Shown here: positions 26,936 through 38,238 of the stretch, piece by piece | Numbering within the stretch: position 1 is the first letter of the stretch | Layout: each line of letters starts with the position of its first letter | From: Yuukianura sp. NJ FZ-2021 | Lineage: Eukaryota | Direction of reading: 5' to 3' | DNA length: 64,000 nt | NCBI GenBank assembly: GCA_046563655.1 | Contig: CM102288.1 | Location: forward strand, 5,704,001-5,768,000 | Notes under the pieces: model-generated | Told to the model about the DNA's origin: nothing | Database searches by the model: none | Seen by the model: only the letters and a program-made list of their open reading frames with translations | Made by a program: the position numbers and the translations under genes

Positions 26936-27475
26936 ATGCCAATATTTTTTGCCGATATTTTTCTGCTGATACTTTTTAGTTTAAATTCTTTTGGCGTTAC
27001 GCACGCAAGTTCTGCCTTTATTGAATACATAAACTTGGACTTGTACTTGGGTGGGAGTTTGGCAAGTTGCTACAATCATGTTATTATGTACTCCAACTAC
27101 ACAAATATTTACAGTTCATATGCACTAACTCTAGCACAAAATAGGAACATGGCGTATCCGAGGCGGCAAAGAACAAGCTTCTGTAAAAGTATTACACAGA
27201 CCGGAAATATTACGGAAACAACTACTCCGTCATTCTGTGCACAAGACATGCCGCACTACATGACAAAGAGGTGCCCATGTATTGGGGTAATCGGCATTTT
27301 TCCACACATAGGCTTTCCGGAATTTGATGCTTTTGATTACTTGTACTTGTATTGGTTTCCGTTGCCATTTCTCATTAGACAAGAACCGAATCGTCCACCG
27401 ACCTTCAATATAGACTGGAAGGTAAGCAAAACCATATCTGCTTATAGGATGCAAAACATTCGAGTGCTAATCGAG
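26936..27475 (+). pseudogene. Truncated IR paralogue (5' part of exon 1 only)
   Basis: High similarity to 15152 and 29144 (INLDLYLGGSLASCYNHVIMYS..) up to YRMQNIRVLI, then unrelated sequence and a stop at 27532; no TM-encoding exon follows. Confidence 0.82.
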
Positions 27476-27957
27476 TGCCAAATTTCTAATAAAAATTGTT
27501 TGCATCAGATGAACACACGGTATTTATATTGATGGAATTATTTTCTGATAGCACTGACAGTGTTAATTCGACTCTTATGTTTTGTGTCATTTATTAACGT
27601 TATTTTTGCACCTTTAATACCAAAACCAAACCCACGACAAAATGGACAGTGTGGCACTATGTATTGCGTTACGGCAGAGCACTTATTACCGCAAGATGCC
27701 GCTTAAGTATTGAAATACTTAAAAGGTGAGCTCGCAATTTATAATTAAAATTACAATTGTTTTTGTAAATTGTAAATATTATTACAGTTTAACATAAATC
27801 GTATGTTTCCGTTCTACATTTGTTCCATGCTCTTTGTAGTTAGGATTAATTATAGTTTAATTTTGTAGTCTAGAAAAATAAGTAATTGCAAATAATTAAA
27901 ACAATATTTGAAATATTAATCATAATTAAACCGAAAATGAGTTATGGACTTGTTCTA

Positions 27958-28262
27958 CTAGCCGCCGCATCCTCCTCCGTCTCCACCGCCTCCGCAATCA
28001 CCTCCACCTCCTCCACAATCCCCTCCACCTCCTCCACAATCCCCTCCACCGCCTCCTCCCCAACCTCCGGAGCCAAAGCCACCACCTCCTCCCCAGCCTC
28101 CGGAGAAATAGTAACGCTTAGTAGAACGTCCCTTCGGGTCTGGCATAGAAACATAAACTTAATTTAATTAAGTTAAGTTAATTAAGTAAAGAAAGCATTT
28201 TACTTAAACGTTAACTCACCCGCCAAATCCCAGGACTCTGACGACGAACAGCAGCAACCCAT
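27958..28262 (-). CDS. 74-aa Gly-rich microprotein with N-terminal MGCCCS acylation motif
   Basis: Exons 28262-28220 (G|gtgagt) and 28139-27958 (ccag|AC): MGCCCSSSESWDLADPKGRSTKRYYFSGGWGGGGGFGSGGWGGGGGGDC(GGGGGDC)2GGGGDGGGCGG*. Confidence 0.72.
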
Positions 28263-29143
28263 TTAGCACAATGCTCGTTGAAATAAAATATTCAACGTTG
28301 CTTCTTGTCTAATAAACTTGGATTCTTTTTAAAAAGAGAGACGGAAGTCACGAGGTAGTTGTTTCGATCAACACTGAAACTGAGAAAGACAAAAGTTTAA
28401 CGTGTATGTGTATGCTATTTTCGAAACTGATGCAAACGCTATTAGCGAGTATGGTCTAATTGTAGGTAAGTGGAGTCCGAATTCTGTAAACTTTAGTCAT
28501 ATGTTATAAACAGAAGATAATCTCAAAACGTTTTTTTTGTTTAGATTCAACGGAAAACAAGAAATTCCGGGTAGCCCATAATAGTGTTAAAAGTTTCAAT
28601 TTATGTCTATTTTGACATTGTCGACGTGAACAAGGAAAGCTATTTATAGAAGTAAATAATTTTTTCTTATCACCTTGCTGATGCGTTCTCTGGATATATT
28701 GTTTTTTTTTTCTTCCAGTAGGTTCCTTCGCTATCAAGTCTGTCATTTTTGTCATTTTTCAAAATTCTAGAAGAAACCCTTATTGCTAAAATTATATATT
28801 TACTTATTCTGTCTTTATTTATTAATTTAGCAAGACTGACTGGCTTGAAGATACTACAACTTTTCGTTTGACACGACAAACGAGAGAATTGAACTATCAC
28901 TTTTATTTTAAAATTTGTGTTTAATCATGACTTCATCATTGTCCATTCAATAATAAGTTGGGGGTCAAGCAAGGTTGCTATTGATTTATGAGTTGGCGAT
29001 GCTAAAATGCATGGTTCGTATTGGACATTATTCAGTTAAATTTTCCACCCAGGCAGAATCGGAACTTCCGAAACCCAACAAAAACTTATCGCTAGTGTTG
29101 TTCGTTCTTTTACTCCGGTGTCTCATACTTGGCATATTTCAAA

Positions 29144-32023
29144 ATGTACCGCAAAGTCATTCTGCCAGTATTTTTAGCCTTAAATTCTATTGGCTTAACA
29201 TTCGCAAGTTCAGCCTTCATTGAACACATCAACTTGGACTTGTACTTGGGTGGCAGTTTGGCCAGTTGCTACAATCACGTTATTATGTACTCCAACTACA
29301 CAAATATCTACAGTTCATATGCACTAACTCTAGCACAGAATAGGAACATGGCATCTCCAAGCCGACGGTCAACTAGTGCCTGTAAAAGTGTCACATGTAC
29401 CGGAAATGCTACAAACGCATACTATGCAGTTGACATGCCACACTACTTGTCAAAGTGTTGCCGATGTATTGGAGTAGCAGGCATTTTTCCTCAGACAGGC
29501 TCTCAGGAATTTGAGGTTCTTGAGTATCTGTTCATTTACTGGTTTCCGTTTCCGTTTCTCAAGAGAGAAGAACGGAATCGTTCAAAGATCAATAGTGAGG
29601 ATGGCAAAATCCCATTGACATACAGAAGGCAAGATATTCGTGTGCAGATTATACAAGATAGTTGCGGTTTCAAAAATGGCGAGCAAATGACAAATATTAA
29701 CTTGACGTCTGTTGTAAAGTATGAGCATAGACCGTCTGTAAATCTAGTTATAGTGAAAGTCGTCTACATTGAATGCAGTGTGAGGGCCCTTACTAGCAAA
29801 TACAAAATTATACTTGCAGTTCTTGTACGTGGAATATCGAATTTTGAATCATTAGATCCCCTCCCTCTTCCGCCGTTGCTGGATTTTGAAGTCTATAAAA
29901 AGCGACTTCTCAAAACATTGCCAGTTAAAGTAGTTTCACATGCAATCGATGAGGCGCATCAGCTGTTATTTCATTCAATACGAGATTTCGTGCTGGTCCA
30001 ATACAACCAAAGTCCGGCTTTCGACGCAGAAGCAGGTAGATGCACGTCTTATAGTTCGAATCAATTGTCAATTGTCTAGAAGACCTTCGCTTAACCATTG
30101 ATCTTAGTATTCATAGCAACCTAACTAACCAACGCACCGAGCGTTCAGCGAAAAGAACGAACGTTTTAGTAGAAATCTCGAACAACACCAAACTACATTC
30201 AGAATTGTTCGAATAATAAGAAGGTAGTTGATGAAAAACGTTAAAAATATTTAAACTGAAGTTAAAGTGAATTATAAAAAAGCAGAAATGGGTTTTAATT
30301 GACTTTGCAGTTTTTTAGATGTCTTTGGAAGCATTTTCAACTTTGTTAATTATGTTGTTTAAACAGTTTCGAATGTAGCTTGGGGTGGTGTGAGATTTTC
30401 GCAAACAAGTTCGCATGCTTTCGGCTGAACGCTAACCAGAAAAACTCCACGGTTTTTTTAGGTTAGGTTGCTATACAAGTCATGTTAGTAGTACTAGTAC
30501 ACCTAACAGTGTTTTGTTTATTTCTCATTTCAGCAAGAATTGATCTGCTTACGTTGTCCTTTTCGTCCAGAATTTCCTGGGCCCAGGCTTGGAACATTCA
30601 ATTCTTGCCAACGCAAGAGTATGTCTTCTTGTGTACTCCAGAAGATTTCCTACAACTGGGGCTAGCCGACTACATCCGTCCATTCACGCTTGCTACATGG
30701 GTTTCTTTGCTGTTGTGTTGCGTTGCAGTTTCTACATTTTTTATGGCCTGTCCCAAGTACAGAGTTGTGTCGCTGCAAATTCCGCTATTTCTCTACTCCA
30801 CACTGCTTGATGTAGGCTACGTGCTTACAGTTATTCCGGGCATGCGTGGAAAGGGACTACAAGCATTTACCGTAACATTTCTGTTGATGGCTCAAGTGCT
30901 AACCAATGGATACAAAGGAATTGTAACTACATCACTTGCACTTCCATTCCCAAAACAGGAAATCCAGTCTCTCGAAGAGGCAATTGATCAGAACTATACA
31001 TTTGTGGACGAGGCTAATAAGTACCGGCAATATCATGATTGTTGCAAACACAATGATCTACTCAACAAGGTCCTGCAGGGAACCAATGACGATAATAGAT
31101 TCATAAGGAATGGGCAAACGTGCAAAGAGTATGTTACTTCCGTTGCACAACTTTATTGGATAATAAAACTAGAAGGTGCTAGGGTACTGCTGGAGACTGA
31201 GGCTTGGCAGTCAATGACAGAAACTGCAAGTGAAGAATTGAGCCAAATTAAGCACCAGAACAAGAAAGATGCAGTTTACAAACATCGGTTGATACGAGAC
31301 CTTCACATACTGCCATGTGATGTAACCGTTAAACAGCATCTTGCCCAATGCAATAAATCTTTTTATATTCAGACCAGCTTTTTAGAGCCCACTGTTGGAA
31401 AGAAATTTTTGGATAATTTAGCAAAAGCAAAGTTTCACAATCCCAACGGTAGAATCTACACTTTTATTGATAAAAGTATTTTTGCATACGATCAAAGCTA
31501 TGGAGTTATACTTCATAGTCCAGATGAATACGACTTTTCAAGGAGTTTGTCACAAATCACGGAGTCAGGCGTTCTGGTTAGTTTCGGGGCAATGATTGCC
31601 GCTCAAGAAAAACATGGCATTTCTAAAGCCACCAAGGGAGTACGAGCAGATGGTGAACCAGAGAAATTAGGAATGAAATCCCGAATGTGCTTAATATTTC
31701 TTCTTTTGCCGCTTGGAACGCTGTTGGCATTTGTTTCTGTGGCAATTGAAGATAATCTCCACCCTAATAGTACGTCAATTTGTACCAAAATGTCTACAAC
31801 GGTTGACAAGATTAAAAGAACAATGGATCGCGTTCTTCTGCATTTCAATGGCTGGGGAGGTTGCGTTAGAAAGGAATTCCTCGAAAGTAAAACTGCACAA
31901 ATCCAAAAGAGTTTAATTGACATTAACAACTTCACGACTTACTTTGCCAGAGAAAATAGTCAATCGACAAAAAAGATTCATGTAGGCACAATTAAAGATA
32001 CACAATCACTACCTGATCTCTAA
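29144..32023 (+). CDS. Divergent ionotropic receptor, copy 3
   Basis: Exons 29144-30035 and 30534-32023 (phase 1, same position as copy 1); DYIRPFTLATW, VLTNGYKGIVTTSL, ITESGV, C-terminal TM. Confidence 0.8.
30114..30473. mobile_element. Degenerate MITE in the intron of IR copy 3
   Basis: tagcaacctaac..agcgttcagcgaaaag is inverted relative to ctttcggctgaacgct..gttaggttgcta. Confidence 0.55.
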
Positions 32024-32059
32024 GCCGAATTAGACAAACGTTTCAAAAATACTTATCCT

Positions 32060-32264
32060 TGTTCCATGCCATTTCACCCAATGAATTCCTGCGAAGCGAA
32101 TTATTGCAAATGAATTACTGCGAAACGGATGACTTCTAAACGTCAGTTACTGAAAAGGGTTAGTCACTAAAAACTAAATTTTTCTTAGAATGAACTTTCT
32201 CATGGATTGATCTTTCGGAATACATCGATTCGCAGTGATTCCTTCGGTGAAATGGCATGCTCCC
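32060..32264. mobile_element. Small MITE
   Basis: TIR catgccatttcacccaatgaattcctgcgaa versus ttcgcagtgattccttcggtgaaatggcatgctccc; no clean TSD. Confidence 0.65.
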
Positions 32265-32438
32265 ATTCATGCTACATAGTTCATTTGCCTTAAAAATAAT
32301 TTATTAGTTATACTTGATAATTTTGTTTGTAGTTTAAACATGGCATTGCCTGTAAGATTAAAATGAAATTTTGAAGGAAAATTGAATTGGATTTCTGCTA
32401 GGTTAAGAAGAATTCGAAGTTTTTGTTGGTCCTCGTGT

Positions 32439-33961
32439 TTAACATTTCTTGAGAGAAGAGACTTGGTCGTTGAAGTCAATGGAGCCGAACCAACGTGAAG
32501 CTTCGTTGAAGGGTCCGTTCAATTCTTCACATCTCCCGCCACAACCGTGGTCAGCACACATCCGAACACAGTGGCCATTAGTGTCAACGGAGGAAGTGAC
32601 ATTGTCAAATCCTTCTGGCAAGTCAAAGCACTCGTCACCATTTAGTGTCACCGGAAATTTTGTGGCTGAAACAAAAAAAGAAATGAAAAAAAAAAGTTTA
32701 AACAGTTTCGCTTGAAAATGTCATCCAAATTCAAAGTTTGCCGCCAATATTTTTCGAATACAGACAGATACTGAGACATCTATGAAAGGCACTATTTAAC
32801 ACACTAACAAAAAACCTACTTACTGCCACCTGTAGCCCCACAATCCAAAAATACAACTTCTAGGAAAGTGATATAAAGGACAGAGTGTCTATTTAATTTG
32901 AATGACACGGGATCGAATCCCACACCTTCTTAGAGATTTTTTATATACAGATTTTTGTGTTTTACCTGAAAAGTACGCATCGGAGTAGAGGTTCACAGTA
33001 ACAGTCTCCTCAGTCTCCGGAAGTTCATCCGTCGGCGGAGTTTCTGTCGTTTCCGAGGATTCGTCGCCTCCTACGACTTGCTGGGTACTGAGGCTTCCCA
33101 AAATGAAAGACAACAAGAGTTCCCGCTGTCTCAATTTAGCGTAGGCGTCCATCGCACGAGCGGCAGCGTCTAGTTCTTCGTCAGAGGCTGTTTGTGGCAT
33201 TGGCGCTTCAGTATTTTCCAGTTCCTTAATCCAGTCTCCATTTTGGCGTGGTTCTTCTTCACTTGGACATTGAAGTGGTGGTGCACATTTAGTCTCTTGT
33301 TGAATCTAAATTAATTAAATTAATTAATCAAAATAACTATACATTTAATAAAATAATAACAATTAAATGAGAAAATCACTACAAGATTCAAACATTGCTC
33401 GAAACATGGCCGATATCACTCACCATTGCTTCAGTCTCGGTAACGTCCACGTCGTCCTCGTTTGCAACTGCCGCAGGATCGGTCGCGGTAGTTTCAAATT
33501 TTGCGACAAAAATCATTAGCACGTTCTATAAGAAAAAAATACGAAAAGAAAAATCAAAAAATAAAATTGTGTATAGCGTTGTAGACATTTTTTAAATCTT
33601 TGATTTAAAGTTTGTTATTCTATTCAGTTTAATAGTTACATTCATGAAACCTTTCAATTCAGGCAGTAATTTGTTACTGTAGGTGTGAGATACCAAGGAA
33701 TAAAATATATTATAAAAATATATAAAATTAATAAAATGATATATTTATTATAATGTGACATACCTTCTGCTCAGTGTTAGGTTCGTTGGATCCAAGCATC
33801 CACATAAGGCAGAAGACAACCAGGAGTCCCAACATGGCCGCCATCAAGCACTTTCTGACTCCATAGCAACGTGTTCCGCCTTGATCCGGATTTGCTGGTT
33901 CGTCCATCCTGGAATAAGGAAGCGACGGTTCTTCCTTGTTTCCAAAATTTAAATTCTTCAT
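32439..33961 (-). CDS. Type II membrane protein with acidic stalk and C-terminal beta/gamma-crystallin-like domain
   Basis: N-terminal cytoplasmic part, TM LMAAMLGLLVVFCLMWMLG, E/T/P-rich stalk, then VNLYSDAYFS|ATKFPVTLNGDECFDLPEGFDNVTSSV..CVRMCADHGCGG..FNDQVSSLKKC*. Internal exon boundaries near 33300-33530 are approximate. Confidence 0.72.
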
Positions 33962-34627
33962 TTTGAAAAAAAAATTAAAGTGGAATTCGAAATTGGTTTT
34001 TAGTTTTTGAAACTTCAAAGCTACGTGTGTTCTCCCTGCAGAAGTTCGACTTGGAATGAGGTGAGTCATTCGAATTTGAGAATTTGATGGCTAAGGGAGG
34101 CAGCGTCAAAAGTTCAAAGTCCAGTAAAACAATGAGAGCATTAGAACGGTTATGCTGAGACTAAAATAAACAATGCAGAGGTCAAAAGGTCAAATTCATC
34201 CAACAAGCTTCTTGTCTTGTCCCTTATTTCTTAACACAACGCTTTTGTTTTACTCTCGTGTTCATTTAAATTAATCTTAACTCAGCAGAAGGTTTAAAGA
34301 TGCATTCTGCATAATCAGCAAAAACTACAGTCAGACTTCGAAAGAAAAATTAAAACGCTGAGAAATCACAAATTAAACATATTTAAAAAAAATTGTAGAA
34401 ATGAATTTTCTTTTTACACAAAAATTTATCCGCCATAAAAACATAGCTTAGAATTTTCATGAAGTTTCCAATTTGACTTTATTTATTCATTCAAAATCAG
34501 CCCACAACCAATTGAATTATGCTCTTTTACAAATTTTAAAACTGAATTCCGTAAATCAATGAGTTTCGTAAATCAGAGTAAATTCCGTAATTCCGTAAAT
34601 TCCAAAATTCCGTAAAATTCAGTAAAT

Positions 34628-35560
34628 TTACGATTTGATTTCCAAGAAATTCCACAAGTAATCTGGATCGCGTTTATACGCAGCCTGCGTGTCACTCGTG
34701 TAGAATTGCACGTACTTCCGGTTGGGTCCGATATCCTGGGATGCGTACGTCACGATACCTCCACTTGGCTGGTACCTGTAACCAGGTTCCAAAAAAATTC
34801 CAAAAAAGAAGAAAAAATCTAAAAACTAAAATTTAAATTTTAAACTCCCGCCACCCTTACCGCTTGTTGTAGATGGCGTACGTTCCAGCAATTCCCTCTC
34901 CAGCCTCAATTTTCCAGAGACAATCATCTCGGTACTTGCCGCCCGGCAAGTAGTCGTGGTCCTTGTTACCGTCAACGTACAAAGCAACGAATTTGCCACT
35001 CGCACTGCCTCCTCCCCATGTCACAACGGAGTTCGGTTGAGCTCGGTTGATGAACTGGTAATACCCGGGTACCTCCGACTCTACCACCTTCCACTGGCTA
35101 TCGTAGTACCACTTTTCACCGGCAGAGTACCATTTTGCTTCAGAATCATACACGATTTGTATGTAATGCAGTTGGCCGCCCAATTTGTCGTTGGACCACG
35201 TCGCGATACCTAAATTTATAAATATATACTAAATTTATTCAAAAATATATTAAGTATATCTAAATATACCTGAATATATCAGTATATCTAAATATACCTA
35301 AATATGTATATCAATATATTTAAATATATAAATGGAATCATGTTTTTTGTATAAAAATAACCTCCACTCTGAAGTACAATCTGGTACCAAGTGTCCAACT
35401 TGAGAGGCGTTCCTTGTACCGTCTGTTGTACTACCGGAAAATGACAAACCGTTGGAACTTGTCCACCAGAAGTACACGTTACGGTGACTTGTGCCGGTTG
35501 AACTGTGGTGATGTGACGCGTAACGGTAGTCGTAGTGCAATGTTGAATTGGTTGAGACAT
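34628..35560 (-). CDS. Cytoplasmic beta-trefoil (ricin-B-like) protein with T/V/Q-rich N-terminal extension
   Basis: Three exons. Three ~45-aa repeats, each [W/Y]Y-x-[I/F]..[I/V]-x-T[W/Y]..[Y/F][I/V]-x-[I/L/F].., ending in DSQW, DCLW and DYLW; no signal peptide. Fold call is by repeat pattern only. Confidence 0.6.
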
Positions 35561-36479
35561 TCTGCAAAATTTGGATTTTGAAGAATTTGGATTTTTAAAA
35601 ATTTGGAAAGAATTCCAAGCACCGTAGCCTCCAATGTGTTTCTGCAAGTGGAGAGCGAGGTATATAACACTTTTTTGGTAATTGGTTTGTCAAATGTGGC
35701 TTTTAATTTTTTTTAATTTCAAATTTTAATTAACCTATCGTGGTGGTTTAAATTCATAGAGTAATTGCTTACCCTGGGTTTTCAAGGTTTTTTTAAATGT
35801 TACTAACTAAAAGTAATTTCCTGAAAAAATTTAAGCGGTTTTTGTCTTATCGAAAACGGACAGTTCCGGGAAAAGGGCTCAACATTTTCAAGGCGACGGT
35901 TTCACAAAGAGATTAAAAAGTTGGTTTAAATATCTGTGGTTACTGGATTGGCTAGTTGAATAGTTTGGTTCTTCATAAGCTCTATGCAAAAACTATCTGC
36001 TAGTGCAGGTATTTTGCAGTGAAAAAAAGACAAACACAATTTCATGAAAACACGGTTGGCGTATAAGCTTGAACGGGCCATTGCTACTATTTTTACTGAT
36101 TGGTTGTTACTTTGAATTTCCTTAAAAAAGTAGTTTTTGTTATAAGTTTTAAACAAAATGACATTTTTAAATCCAACGTACAAACATTTGACTTTCAGTA
36201 TGTATTATCCTTTTCATTTCAATTAAAAATGTCAAACATCATACAACAACACAAAATGCCGTCACGTAGAAGCACTTAATAACATTTCCTGAAAACTTCA
36301 ATTTTTTTCATTCTTCTTTATGGGTGCACTTTTATCAGTTTAACTCTCAAAGGATCCGGTCTATTGTTACGCAAACTCATAAATTTTTCTGTCCAATTTG
36401 AAAGACTTGAGGTTCACTGTGAATAGCAGTTCAAAACTTGCAAAATATTTCGAAGGTTAGTCTATTTGACAATTCAGAA

Positions 36480-37833
36480 ATGTATTCCATAAAATTTTTA
36501 TGTTCAGTTATTGTCATACGTCTTTCTCTAGCTGGTATGTAAGTCTGTACTACTAAACTATATAGTACATAGAAATTTTTTTACATCAAATCCAATTTTT
36601 CTGCACTACTTAAAAAGTATTGAGTAATATGTTTTTAAATTAGGAGCCAACATACAAGAAGAACCTTGTTCAAGTTACCCGGGCGTTTGTAAGTCCAAGG
36701 GTGACTGTCCCCAAGGCTCACTTTCAAAGATTGGCGGTGCTTTTAGTTGTCCGAGTAGTCCTGACGACATTGAATGTTGTCCAACTGGTGGAGGCGGTAA
36801 TTTCAAATATTGTTTAGGTTAGGATTTGAAAGAAGGAAGATGCAGTGCAATGGTGAGAGCGATTACCCCGTAATGGTAATGGTCTGGGTTCCCCTCCAGC
36901 CAAGTATTTTTCCTCTCATTTTCTTGCAATATACATCGATTTCAGTTTTACCGAAATGGCATGGATTTCAGTTTTTGACTGTATTTTCACTTTTTAAATG
37001 TATTAGAAATGGCTTAATAAGTTCAAAATTTTTTCTTTTTTTTATTTTCAGGAGGTTATACTCAAGAAGAACCTTGCAAAAGTTATCCTGGAGTCTGTAA
37101 GCCCAAGGGGGAGTGCCCTCAGGGATCGCTTACAAAAATTGGAGGAGCTTTCAGTTGTCCCAGCAGCCCAGATGACATTGAATGTTGTCCCACTGGAGGA
37201 GGCGGTAATGTCAAATATTGTATTAAAATTATATTAACACATATTACACATACTATACTATAAATATGCTAAATATATATTTCAGGAGGTTATACTCAAG
37301 AGGAACCTTGCAGAAGTTATCCAGGCGTGTGTAAACCCAAGAGAGATTGTCCCAACGGATCCCTTACGAAGATTGGAGGAGCTTTTAGCTGTCCGAGTAG
37401 CCCGGATGACATTGAATGCTGTCCTGGAAACAACGGTGGGGGCAGTGGCGGAGGGGGTGGGGCAATAGTTGCAGCAGCTAGGAGTCAGATTGGTGTTCCT
37501 TATGTCTGGGGTGGTGGGAATCAACATGGCCCCACCAAAGGTGGGTTCGATTGTTCTGGTTTGTCGCAGTATGCTGTGTTCAAGGGAACGGGTCGCCTGA
37601 TTCCCAGAACTGCGCAGACGCAGCATGACTTTATAGGCTGTGCATCCGTTCCTGTTGGATCAAGACAACCCGGAGATATAGTTTTTTGGGGCAACAATGG
37701 AGGTGTGTATCATGATGCCATTGTATCAGGTCCAGATATGGTAATTCATGCACCGGAAACAGGAAAAAATGTGCGGGAAGTACGAATTTTTACAAGAAAT
37801 GAGCTCAAAGGAATTGCACGTAGATGCTACTGA
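36480..37833 (+). CDS. Secreted NlpC/P60 (peptidase C40) peptidoglycan endopeptidase with three N-terminal 6-Cys repeats
   Basis: Exons approx. 36480-36534, 36644-36796, 37052-37204, 37286-37833. IGVPYVWGGG..GFDCSGL (catalytic Cys), IPRTAQTQ, QPGDIVFW, YHDAI (His), VIHAP (third residue). Repeat EEPCxSYPGVCKxKxxCPxGSLxKIGGAFSCPSSPDDIECCP occurs three times. Confidence 0.93.
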
Positions 37834-38238
37834 AATCCCTACAGAAAAAGTGCTACTCTACCGCTTCCGTTTCCACGTGGAAACGAAACGAACCCAAACA
37901 TGAACATTTGTCGTATTGACTAAAAACGTATTTACATATGCAAAAAAAAAATTAAAAATTTGGTATTTCCATGGGCGTGTGAGTGTGAACATGTCATAGT
38001 TGTGTTTCACACGACAGGGTATCTATAGTGGCCATTAGCATAATTTCTTAATCCTCTGCTGCTTTAAATATTACAGGTCAAGGTTTACCGATTTCACAAC
38101 ATTCGCCATTTTCTTTGCTCAAGCAACAAATGTTCTTGCTCATTCCGTTTATTCCGCCGTGTTTATTCGAAACATTCAGTTTTTGTCAAATTTCACACCT
38201 CAATTTCTGCTTATCTTGGCTTATATAAATATTTATCG

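Noticed and set aside
36480..37833. Bacterial contamination as the source of NlpC/P60
   Set aside because: The gene has GT-AG introns and a signal exon and is embedded among animal genes.
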